In this document: positions 1 through 7,270 of the stretch, piece by piece
Layout: the number at the start of each line of letters is the position of its first letter
Position numbering within the stretch: the stretch's first letter is position 1
Origin: Escherichia phage EK8
Reading direction: 5' to 3' (one strand)
Sequence record: PQ805430.1
Length of the DNA: 64,000 nt
Translations under genes and position numbers: made by a program
Notes under the pieces: model-generated
Seen by the model: only the letters and a program-made list of their open reading frames with translations
Told to the model about the DNA's origin: nothing
Databases searched by the model: none

Positions 1-79
1 AACGCTTACTCGCACTTGAATCCAAATAATATAAGCCTCTTGGGGGGCTTTTCCATTGAGAATAACAACAGGAGCTACT

Positions 80-2089
80 ATGGAATCTCAATTCCGCCAA
101 CCAAAAAAAGTTATTAATGTCGAAGTTAATAAACAGAGTATTGCTCGTAACTTTGGCATTGGTGATAACGAGGTTTGCTACGCGAAAGCTGGGCAACCTC
201 TAGCAGGCTACAAAGCTATCTACGATAAAGCCAGCCAGCGAGCGTATATGCTTCCTGCTGGCTTGACTGGTACTGTTACGTCTTTTTCCACTGCGGGCGT
301 TCTGACGCATTCTGGTGGCACTGTAGACCTCAGTGCTCTGGCAGTAGAACGAGATGAATACTTTGATCTGAACCAGACGTTTACTTCTGGTGCTACGCTC
401 CAGCGTAAGAATGAGACTATTGGCCTCGGTGCTAAACGTTACCGCTGGGATGGGACACTTCCTAAGTCTATACCATCAGGATCCACCCCTACCTCTACGG
501 GTGGTGTAGGCATTGGAGCATGGATTTCTGTCGGCTATGCGTCATTACGGGAAAATCTTGACCAGAATGAATCTGATATTTCAGGACTGAAAACTACCAC
601 AACTAAAATACAGTCCCAGCACGGAAATAATCATCGGTATAAAGTGCTTTTCGAGTTGCCTTTAAAATTCAGCGCTTACGATGCAGTTTCCGTGGCAAAT
701 GGGTACGAATACTTATACGCAACTGGCCACGCTATTGATCATTCACAAAATGAATTGTGGGTTGTTTATCAGGCGTCTGGAGGTGATACGGCAAACTGGT
801 GGGTGGTATACGACCTTTTGACTCTCACCGAAAAAACATTTTTCAGGGCCGGGAAAAGATGGACAAAATGTTTTTCTCTTATTCATTCTGGTGGAGAAAG
901 ATTCATTTATGCCAGAAGTGCTTCTACTGGTTGGTTGGCTAAGTTTAATGTTACATCACTGCCGGCTTCTGGTACTACAATAACTGAAATGACACCTCCC
1001 AGAGATGAGGTGAAATACATTTACGCTTCTGAATTTAACGGGGAACTTCTTGTTCCTTATGACGCCCCAACTACAAATAGTACAGCGTATTCAAATACCT
1101 TTAATATTCTGGATAAAGATACCTGGGAAATTAAAAGAACTATAAGGATGGATACTATTGGGGCTGGCAACGAATACGGAGCAACGCCTTTACTGTATAA
1201 GAATCAGGGTACTGTAATGTGCGCTGACGGTATAGCTATGGCTTACGGCGGATATTATGACAGTGATAATCCAGGGACGGCAAGTAGTGACCTAAGGGTT
1301 GTTCAGGGTGTTGTTATAAAAAACCCTGATGGAGTGAATATTCTTAATGGATTGTTCGACCCAATCGGTGGAATGTCTATTTTAAACGCATTGGGCAGAT
1401 CAGCAAACAGGTTTGAGACGGAAGGTCTTTATTTTGATTCATACACCGGTAGGCTCACTACGCTTTGGCATTATACGGATGCTGCTGATGGTACGTTCCT
1501 GATTGTTGAGGCTTTTTCTGGTGATGTGAACGCTATCGACATGAAGCCAGCAGCCATAGAGTCGAGGCCACGAGTGCCTGACATTATCTCTCTGTGGCGT
1601 AGTGATTTCCAAAAAAACGTACCGTTAGATCCGAGTACAGGGCAGTCACTCCCGGATGTTATTGATATATGCAAGATGATGATTCGTTATGATCTCAGAA
1701 TGGCGGTATGGTATTCATCCAATTTCAGTGATTTGACATTTAATGGGGATACGTTTAATGGGAGCACTACATTTACATCATCCTCATTTGTAACTCTGGA
1801 AAGAGGAACGAATACTACGTTCTACCTCAGAATAAGAAATTCGGGGATGTATCAGGAATGGTTAATTTTAACCCCTGAGGCCACCCCTTCGTATAGCCAG
1901 TTAGGAATGGTGGCTACTCAGTACAGATTTCAGGGAACAAGCACAGGATTTTTCTGTGGCACCGGAAGCCCTGAGGGCGTTGTAACCGCGTCACCAGGTT
2001 CTATTTATTGCAACCGTTCTGGTGGTGCTTCTGGTAGTGTTTATTTTAAAACATCAGGTTCTGGTAATACGGGGTGGGTAGCTAAATGA
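80..2089 (+). CDS. large virion-associated protein, possible tail fiber/tailspike (function tentative)
   Basis: 670-aa ORF from ATG 80 with AGGAG upstream (track start 56 is TTG); Gly/Ser/Thr/Asn-rich composition; stop overlaps next start (ATGA); lies upstream of lysis cassette; no catalytic motif recognised. Confidence 0.4.
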   Translation: MESQFRQPKKVINVEVNKQSIARNFGIGDNEVCYAKAGQPLAGYKAIYDKASQRAYMLPAGLTGTVTSFSTAGVLTHSGGTVDLSALAVERDEYFDLNQTFTSGATLQRKNETIGLGAKRYRWDGTLPKSIPSGSTPTSTGGVGIGAWISVGYASLRENLDQNESDISGLKTTTTKIQSQHGNNHRYKVLFELPLKFSAYDAVSVANGYEYLYATGHAIDHSQNELWVVYQASGGDTANWWVVYDLLTLTEKTFFRAGKRWTKCFSLIHSGGERFIYARSASTGWLAKFNVTSLPASGTTITEMTPPRDEVKYIYASEFNGELLVPYDAPTTNSTAYSNTFNILDKDTWEIKRTIRMDTIGAGNEYGATPLLYKNQGTVMCADGIAMAYGGYYDSDNPGTASSDLRVVQGVVIKNPDGVNILNGLFDPIGGMSILNALGRSANRFETEGLYFDSYTGRLTTLWHYTDAADGTFLIVEAFSGDVNAIDMKPAAIESRPRVPDIISLWRSDFQKNVPLDPSTGQSLPDVIDICKMMIRYDLRMAVWYSSNFSDLTFNGDTFNGSTTFTSSSFVTLERGTNTTFYLRIRNSGMYQEWLILTPEATPSYSQLGMVATQYRFQGTSTGFFCGTGSPEGVVTASPGSIYCNRSGGASGSVYFKTSGSGNTGWVAK

Positions 2090-2289
2090 TTAAAACAACT
2101 GTTTTTCGTGATAAGAATGGAAGCGTAATCAATATTGGCCCATGGAATTACATGGAGATGCCAATGGTGGATGAAGAAAATGGCGAGCTAACGTGGGTAA
2201 TAAATAACCCACTACCGGAAGGGGCAACTTCAAGCGACGAGGACGTCATTCCTGATGGGCATGGGGGATTTATGGCTGTGAACCCCTAA
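2086..2289 (+). CDS. hypothetical acidic protein (67 aa)
   Basis: ATGA stop/start overlap with upstream gene; no motif recognised. Confidence 0.4.
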   Translation: MIKTTVFRDKNGSVINIGPWNYMEMPMVDEENGELTWVINNPLPEGATSSDEDVIPDGHGGFMAVNP

Positions 2290-2412
2290 TAGTCATCCTC
2301 AGCATCTTTTGACGCTGACCACATGATGACAGCAATGAGCACTATGACGGCAGGGATGCCGATTATCAACAGTGCTGTAAACATATGCGATTCCTTTTTA
2401 ATTGGAGGTTTT

Positions 2413-2889
2413 ATGCAACTTACTAATAATGAGCGAGCGTTTCTAAAAATGCTGACTGTTTCTGAAGGAACCAGTACCAGTAAATACACCAAAAATAACG
2501 GTTATGATGTAATCGTTAATGGTATTGGTGGTGAACCGAAGACCTTTACTGACTACAGCAAGCACCCCAATGTGCTGGTCACTGTAAACAACAAAGGTCT
2601 TAAGTCTACCGCTGCTGGGGCATATCAGATTCTTTATAAATACTGGGTTGCCTACAAAAAGCAGCTTGGACTTAAAGGATTCTATCCCGAAGATCAGGAT
2701 GCAATTGCAATGCAATTGATCAAAGAATGTAAGGCCCGTGACGACATTAACGCTGGTCGTATTGAGGCTGCTATCACTAAGTGTCGCTCCCGCTGGGCAT
2801 CTCTGCCTGGTGCAGGCTACGGCCAGTTTGAGCACAAGATGGATACTCTGGTTTCAGCGTATAAAAAAGCTGGGGGTACTGTAGCGTGA
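2413..2889 (+). CDS. endolysin, lambda R-type lytic transglycosylase
   Basis: 158-aa product from ATG 2413 (GGAGG upstream); blocks GYDVIV, KQLGLK, WASLPGAGYGQFEHK, KKAGGTV match lambda R as recalled. Confidence 0.85.
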   Translation: MQLTNNERAFLKMLTVSEGTSTSKYTKNNGYDVIVNGIGGEPKTFTDYSKHPNVLVTVNNKGLKSTAAGAYQILYKYWVAYKKQLGLKGFYPEDQDAIAMQLIKECKARDDINAGRIEAAITKCRSRWASLPGAGYGQFEHKMDTLVSAYKKAGGTVA

Positions 2890-3122
2890 AGCTGCGACTG
2901 GTACAAAACTGGCGATCAGCATGGAAGTGGTACTCAGTCCACATCATGATTGTAATCGTCGCTTTGCCAGAGATCTGGAGCTATTTTCCGCAGGAGTTCA
3001 AAGACTCCCTGCCTCCAGGTGCGTTGAAGTACGCCATGATGTTCCTGGGCGTATCAGCGATTCTGGCTCGCTTGTTCTCTCAGGAGAAGTCCAAAGATGA
3101 TGAACCTGATAAAGACGTATAA
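2886..3122 (+). CDS. putative holin
   Basis: 78 aa, two hydrophobic helices (YSVHIMIVIVALPEIW; ALKYAMMFLGVSAILARLF), charged C-terminus EKSKDDEPDKDV; start overlaps endolysin stop; sits between endolysin and spanins. Confidence 0.5.
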   Translation: MKLRLVQNWRSAWKWYSVHIMIVIVALPEIWSYFPQEFKDSLPPGALKYAMMFLGVSAILARLFSQEKSKDDEPDKDV

Positions 3123-3594
3123 GGTCTATATCGGTTTAGTCCTGGCCCTGGTTATAATAGCCGGGGCTTGTTGGCTAACGTGGACTGTCACGGATTCACG
3201 GTGGCAGTCGAAATATGATTCATTGGAAACACAGTATGCTGATGCTTCCGCAAAGGCCCAGAATGAAGCCAGGGCAAAGGAGTTGGAATATGACCTCAAT
3301 ATCTCTAAAGCCAATGCTGAGGGGGCTAAACGGGAAGCTGAGGCTAATACTGCTGCCGCTGATGCTAATGCTTCTGTTGTCCGGTTGCACCAACGACTCA
3401 ATACGCTACTTGCCAACACCAGCACCGAAACGACCGGCACTGGACTCAAGGGCAGAACCCCCAACGAAACCATCGTTCTGCTTACCAACGTGTTCCAAAA
3501 ATCTGTCGAACGAAATAGACAACTGGCTGAGTTCGCGGATAAAAGCTGGAACGCAGCTAAACAGTGTTATGACAGCTACAATTCGACACGATAA
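3097..3594 (+). CDS. i-spanin (Rz-like)
   Basis: N-terminal TM helix (IGLVLALVIIAGACWL) followed by Ala/Glu/Lys-rich helical periplasmic domain; carries an out-of-frame lipoprotein ORF. Confidence 0.7.
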   Translation: MMNLIKTYKVYIGLVLALVIIAGACWLTWTVTDSRWQSKYDSLETQYADASAKAQNEARAKELEYDLNISKANAEGAKREAEANTAAADANASVVRLHQRLNTLLANTSTETTGTGLKGRTPNETIVLLTNVFQKSVERNRQLAEFADKSWNAAKQCYDSYNSTR

Positions 3595-3616
3595 TTACGC
3601 TAATTATGTTGTTTAA
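3314..3616 (+). CDS. o-spanin (Rz1-like lipoprotein), overlapped with i-spanin gene
   Basis: ATG 3314 gives MLRGLNGKLRLILLPLMLMLLLSG-C: signal peptide with lipobox LSGC; Pro-rich mature part; starts inside Rz-like gene in another frame and ends 22 nt past it. Confidence 0.6.
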   Translation: MLRGLNGKLRLILLPLMLMLLLSGCTNDSIRYLPTPAPKRPALDSRAEPPTKPSFCLPTCSKNLSNEIDNWLSSRIKAGTQLNSVMTATIRHDNYANYVV

Positions 3617-3678
3617 ATTTTAATTAGTATTAAAATAAGACAGAGTTAACTTAACTATCTCTATAGAGGTTTAAATTT

Positions 3679-4134
3679 ATGGCTAATAAAGGTGTTTATA
3701 AAAAACCGGCACCTATCGGTTCTGGTGTAGTAACCACTGATGACGTTATCGCTCAGGGTTACGATTTCGTTTACCTGAAAATGGGCGGTATGCTCAAAGT
3801 TCAGGAAGCAACCGTTGAAGGCGATCTGACTATCAAAGGCGATACTGCCTATGAGCCTCCGGTTCCCCTGAGTCTGTCCACTGACCTGGCTGCAACTAAA
3901 TCTGTTGCTACCGGTGCCCAGTTGACTCTGACCGTTGCTGCTGCAAACGGCTTTGGTGATTACAGCTACCAGTGGTACAAAGACGGTGCTCCGATCTCTG
4001 GCCGTACTGGTGCGTCATTCTCCAAATCTTCTGCGGAAGCTGGCGATGCAGGTGATTATTACTGCGTGGCGACGGATAAGATGGGTGACACTGTTACCTC
4101 TAAAACTTGTAAAGTTACCGTTACTACTGCGTAA
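3679..4134 (+). CDS. Ig-like domain virion protein (possible capsid decoration protein)
   Basis: 151 aa; C-terminal YQWYKDG...GDAGDYYCVATD...KVTV resembles an Ig (I-set/BIG2-like) domain; AGAGG RBS. Confidence 0.55.
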   Translation: MANKGVYKKPAPIGSGVVTTDDVIAQGYDFVYLKMGGMLKVQEATVEGDLTIKGDTAYEPPVPLSLSTDLAATKSVATGAQLTLTVAAANGFGDYSYQWYKDGAPISGRTGASFSKSSAEAGDAGDYYCVATDKMGDTVTSKTCKVTVTTA

Positions 4135-4164
4135 GTGCTTCTACGTTGCTAAATATTGTAGACT

Positions 4165-4188
4165 AGCCCCCATTCGGGGGCTTTTTTA
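4165..4188 (+). terminator. rho-independent terminator closing the plus-strand lysis/structural unit
   Basis: GCCCCC-ATTC-GGGGGC hairpin followed by TTTTTT. Confidence 0.7.
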
Positions 4189-4440
4189 TAACATCTGCAC
4201 CCGGATATCCCGAACGTAGTGGTATCTTAACAGCCTGGCGGCTGTGTCCAGACTCATGAAGGTTCGAAGGCTATCATCGACACTATAGAGATGAAATTCC
4301 TCACCCTTATTGGGTTTACGAAACGCGATGTAATACTCGCTCATCCCGGTCTGTACGATATAGGCTGTCTTAATCTTAAGTCCGGTGATCTCTTTTTCAT
4401 AGATCCGTTTAAATACGGTCATTCTTCCCCCTTGCGGCAA
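4186..4440 (-). CDS. hypothetical protein
   Basis: ORF at distal end of leftward unit; start uncertain. Confidence 0.35.
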   Translation of the reverse strand: MPQGGRMTVFKRIYEKEITGLKIKTAYIVQTGMSEYYIAFRKPNKGEEFHLYSVDDSLRTFMSLDTAARLLRYHYVRDIRVQML

Positions 4441-4646
4441 CGGGAAAAGAATCCCGATTGACCGCCTACTATGTCTACCCTGCGAGCAGGGAGCACAACA
4501 CGGCTGGCCAGACGACCAGCCTTATCTTTCTGACGTTCGGCGTGAAGTGCCGTCCCAGGGGCGTACATGCGCTGCAATTCACGGGAGCATTTCCGGTGGT
4601 TCCCTACAGCTTTGGGCTTACCACAAATCTGACAGTTGAAGGCCAC
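4419..4646 (-). CDS. hypothetical protein with N-terminal CxxC motif
   Basis: MAFNCQICGKPKAVGNHRKC suggests a small zinc-binding module. Confidence 0.35.
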   Translation of the reverse strand: MAFNCQICGKPKAVGNHRKCSRELQRMYAPGTALHAERQKDKAGRLASRVVLPARRVDIVGGQSGFFSRCRKGEE

Positions 4647-4656
4647 GGTTTACTCC

Positions 4657-4842
4657 CTATGCTGCATTCTCCCGGAGGTCTTTGACCGTTCCGTCTACCA
4701 CCCATTCGTAAGGCACCAGCACTACGGCTGAACCTTTACTCACTGGTTTGATGGCGAACATGCTTTTGCATTGCACGATCCCAGATCCAATGATGGCATC
4801 GGTTGTACGCTTGGAGCGTAACTCAAAGTTGTATTCGAACAT
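4657..4842 (-). CDS. hypothetical protein
   Basis: 61-aa ORF directly downstream of dam. Confidence 0.35.
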   Translation of the reverse strand: MFEYNFELRSKRTTDAIIGSGIVQCKSMFAIKPVSKGSAVVLVPYEWVVDGTVKDLRENAA

Positions 4843-4848
4843 GGAGCC

Positions 4849-5655
4849 TCACTTTAATACGGCGATGATGTCGTTTACGGTTTCACGACTATCGGATTTG
4901 GCACTGATTGCCCGGCGAGCAGGTAGCTCAGTGATAGTAAAGCCAGATGACTCGTATAGGTCAATGATTCTTGGTGCCGAACTGTTTGTGATGACAGTCG
5001 GTACACCTTTCTTCCTGGCTTCCAGTGCCATAGTTACTAATCGCTTTTGGTCACCAAAACCGAAAGTCTTACCAGAATAAGTGGTAAAGCCTTTCTTGCC
5101 AGGCAGCGGTTCATACGGAGGATCGCAGAAGATAACATCACCTTCCTGGGCTAATGCCATATGGGTAGCGAAGTCCACGCAGAACGTCTTAGGCCGCAGG
5201 CCAGCGTTAACGTACTCTTCCAGTTCAGCACGCGGGAAGTAAGGCTGAGCCTTCTTGCCCCACGGCACATTGAACAGGCGATCATTGTTGTAACGGCAGA
5301 GGCCGTTAAAGCAGGTACGGTTAATGACCAGGAAGAACGCTGCCTGTGAGTAGGCTGAATAGCCCTCACTGTTCAGGCGATCCTGGACACGGTAATAATT
5401 CTCTTCCGAGTCCACCCACTTACAAAGCTGTTCAGCTTCGTTGATCAGTCGGTGGCCTTGATGGTTGAGGACGTTGTACAGATTGATGAGATCCGGGTTC
5501 ACGTCATTGATGAGGTTCTCTTCAAAACCAGCATTCATGAATACGGAACCGGCCCCAACAAAGGGTTCAATCAGGCGCTTACCTTTGGGAAGGTGGTGCA
5601 GAATTACAGGCAGTTGGCTATGTTTGCCACCCGCCCATTTCAGGAAGGGTTTCAT
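4849..5655 (-). CDS. dam: DNA adenine methyltransferase (Dam family, GATC-type)
   Basis: N-terminal FLKWAGGK...EPFVGAGSVF (AdoMet binding) and catalytic DPPY motif. Confidence 0.9.
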   Translation of the reverse strand: MKPFLKWAGGKHSQLPVILHHLPKGKRLIEPFVGAGSVFMNAGFEENLINDVNPDLINLYNVLNHQGHRLINEAEQLCKWVDSEENYYRVQDRLNSEGYSAYSQAAFFLVINRTCFNGLCRYNNDRLFNVPWGKKAQPYFPRAELEEYVNAGLRPKTFCVDFATHMALAQEGDVIFCDPPYEPLPGKKGFTTYSGKTFGFGDQKRLVTMALEARKKGVPTVITNSSAPRIIDLYESSGFTITELPARRAISAKSDSRETVNDIIAVLK

Positions 5656-5664
5656 AGATACCTC

Positions 5665-5688
5665 AATAAAAAAGCCCCTTACGGGGCT
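5665..5688 (-). terminator. rho-independent terminator (minus strand)
   Basis: AGCCCC-TTAC-GGGGCT hairpin with A-run on plus strand = U-run for minus transcripts. Confidence 0.55.
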
Positions 5689-6011
5689 GGTGGTGGTTTG
5701 GGTTTACCTAACTTTATACTGATGGCCAGTTCGGATAGCTGGAAAAATCTTCCCCCAAAGTGGGCACAAATTGCCACAAAGATGGGCAGGGTAACCCCTT
5801 TGGGCAAAGACTCTTTGTACTCAGGATAGGCTCCAGATGCCAGGTATCCGGCAAGCAGGCACGCAAGAAATTCGCAAAGCACCCACAAAACTGACGGGTC
5901 AGTTTCTCGCATAAATCTACGACCGACAGAGATAAAGCCACTCATCGCAGAGATGATCAGTACCCCAAACAAATCCCAGTATTGCTGATTTGGTTGGTTA
6001 TCTGGTGGCAT
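5679..6011 (-). CDS. hypothetical membrane protein
   Basis: multiple hydrophobic segments; Pro-rich C-terminus; start uncertain. Confidence 0.4.
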   Translation of the reverse strand: MPPDNQPNQQYWDLFGVLIISAMSGFISVGRRFMRETDPSVLWVLCEFLACLLAGYLASGAYPEYKESLPKGVTLPIFVAICAHFGGRFFQLSELAISIKLGKPKPPPAP

Positions 6012-6069
6012 ACCTACTCCAGGGTTAAAGATAGATGCTAAGAATTTTACATATATTTTGAGATAATAC

Positions 6070-6417
6070 CTAACCCTTACTGACGTTATGCTTGTTAGCT
6101 AACGCATTACGTAAACCTTTACTCATCTTAGCGTCATCATGGCCTTTAAATTCAAGATCCATAAAGATAAGATTAAAGCCTTTAACATTTACCTTAAGTT
6201 CACGTAAGTAGATGGGGCTATCTAAGGTTTCTTGATAAAAAGTTAAATCCTGATCATCCAGCTCTAACTTACCCATTACATACTTATCGTAGCCTTCTGC
6301 TATTTTCTGCTTATTGTAGGTAGGCGGGCTGATAGAAACTTGATCTCCTTCATCGCCATTATCACAAAAGAATCTGGCAGTAAGGAAAACACTAAGTTTA
6401 ATTTTTACTTCTGCCAT
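6070..6417 (-). CDS. hypothetical protein
   Basis: start moved to internal ATG 6417 to avoid 95-nt overlap with upstream gene. Confidence 0.4.
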   Translation of the reverse strand: MAEVKIKLSVFLTARFFCDNGDEGDQVSISPPTYNKQKIAEGYDKYVMGKLELDDQDLTFYQETLDSPIYLRELKVNVKGFNLIFMDLEFKGHDDAKMSKGLRNALANKHNVSKG

Positions 6418-6424
6418 ACTGATC

Positions 6425-6892
6425 TCACTTAAACGTGATGTGGTGCGGAATGAACTGCACCGAACGGTTGAACTGGAAACGTTCACAAAGCTGTTTGAGA
6501 GCAGGGAGATCGTCATCAAACATGTGAACTTCTACCGGGCCGGAATAAACCAGAAGGTTATACACCGTGGAGATTTTCCACTCTTTGGTTTTGCGGTTAT
6601 CGTCTGCACTACGCATATGATAACGGGCATCCGGGAAGCCGGAGTTTTTCAGGTAGATATGGGTGTCCTGCATGACGCTTTCGTCGCGGTTCGAGACAAC
6701 ACCAATTTCATAACCGGCACCGGCCATACAAGCGGCAGTGCGGATAAGACTCAGGTTGAGGCGCTCCATACGGAATGCCTTATGCCAACCCAACCAGGCT
6801 GCATTGTTGTTACGGTTTTCGGGGATGAGAGCACTACGAGCACTACTCGTATTGATTGTCCCATCCAGGTCGAACAGTGCCAGCTTACGCAT
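6425..6892 (-). CDS. HAD-superfamily phosphatase (possible nucleotidase)
   Basis: N-terminal LALFDLDGTI = HAD motif I (DxDGT). Confidence 0.6.
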   Translation of the reverse strand: MRKLALFDLDGTINTSSARSALIPENRNNNAAWLGWHKAFRMERLNLSLIRTAACMAGAGYEIGVVSNRDESVMQDTHIYLKNSGFPDARYHMRSADDNRKTKEWKISTVYNLLVYSGPVEVHMFDDDLPALKQLCERFQFNRSVQFIPHHITFK

Positions 6893-6894
6893 AG

Positions 6895-7056
6895 TTAACC
6901 TCTTGGTTTGCCCGCAGGCAGTTTATCGTTCAGGTTGTGCCGGTTGATGTACTCACGGCGTCCTTCGTGTAATTCCTTCACCTTTGCTTCCGCAATGGCG
7001 ATACGCATGTCGTAATTACGCAGCGTGTCTTCGTGATGCTTTTTCATCTCAGACAT
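6895..7056 (-). CDS. hypothetical small protein
   Basis: ATG 7056 with GAGGT RBS; track ORF extends to 7116 via alternative start. Confidence 0.35.
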   Translation of the reverse strand: MSEMKKHHEDTLRNYDMRIAIAEAKVKELHEGRREYINRHNLNDKLPAGKPRG

Positions 7057-7084
7057 AGTGACCTCAATAAAGCCCCCGAAGGGG

Positions 7085-7270
7085 CTAACCGATAAAGTAA
7101 TGTAGGATTTTGGCACCTACACCGAACATAACAGCAGTGGTGACACACGCTGTCAGGATGGCCATGATTACATCGCCAATCGACCATTCATCAAGTGCAT
7201 TGAAGAAAGTGGATACAGCAAAGAACCAGGCTACTGTCCAGTAGATGCCCCACATCATATTTGGATCCAT
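7085..7270 (-). CDS. small membrane protein
   Basis: 61 aa, two hydrophobic helices; immediately downstream of DNA polymerase. Confidence 0.45.
   Translation of the reverse strand: MDPNMMWGIYWTVAWFFAVSTFFNALDEWSIGDVIMAILTACVTTAVMFGVGAKILHYFIG

Noticed and set aside
28-50. Hairpin-like GCCTCTTGGGGGGCTTTT at the window start as a terminator
   Set aside because: Stem pairing is imperfect and the upstream context is cut by the window edge
2286-2492. Minus-strand ORF whose C-terminal 32 aa resemble a single-TM peptide, between the 67-aa gene and the endolysin
   Set aside because: It overlaps the endolysin start region on the opposite strand and has no convincing RBS; it would be the only minus-strand gene in a uniformly plus-strand unit
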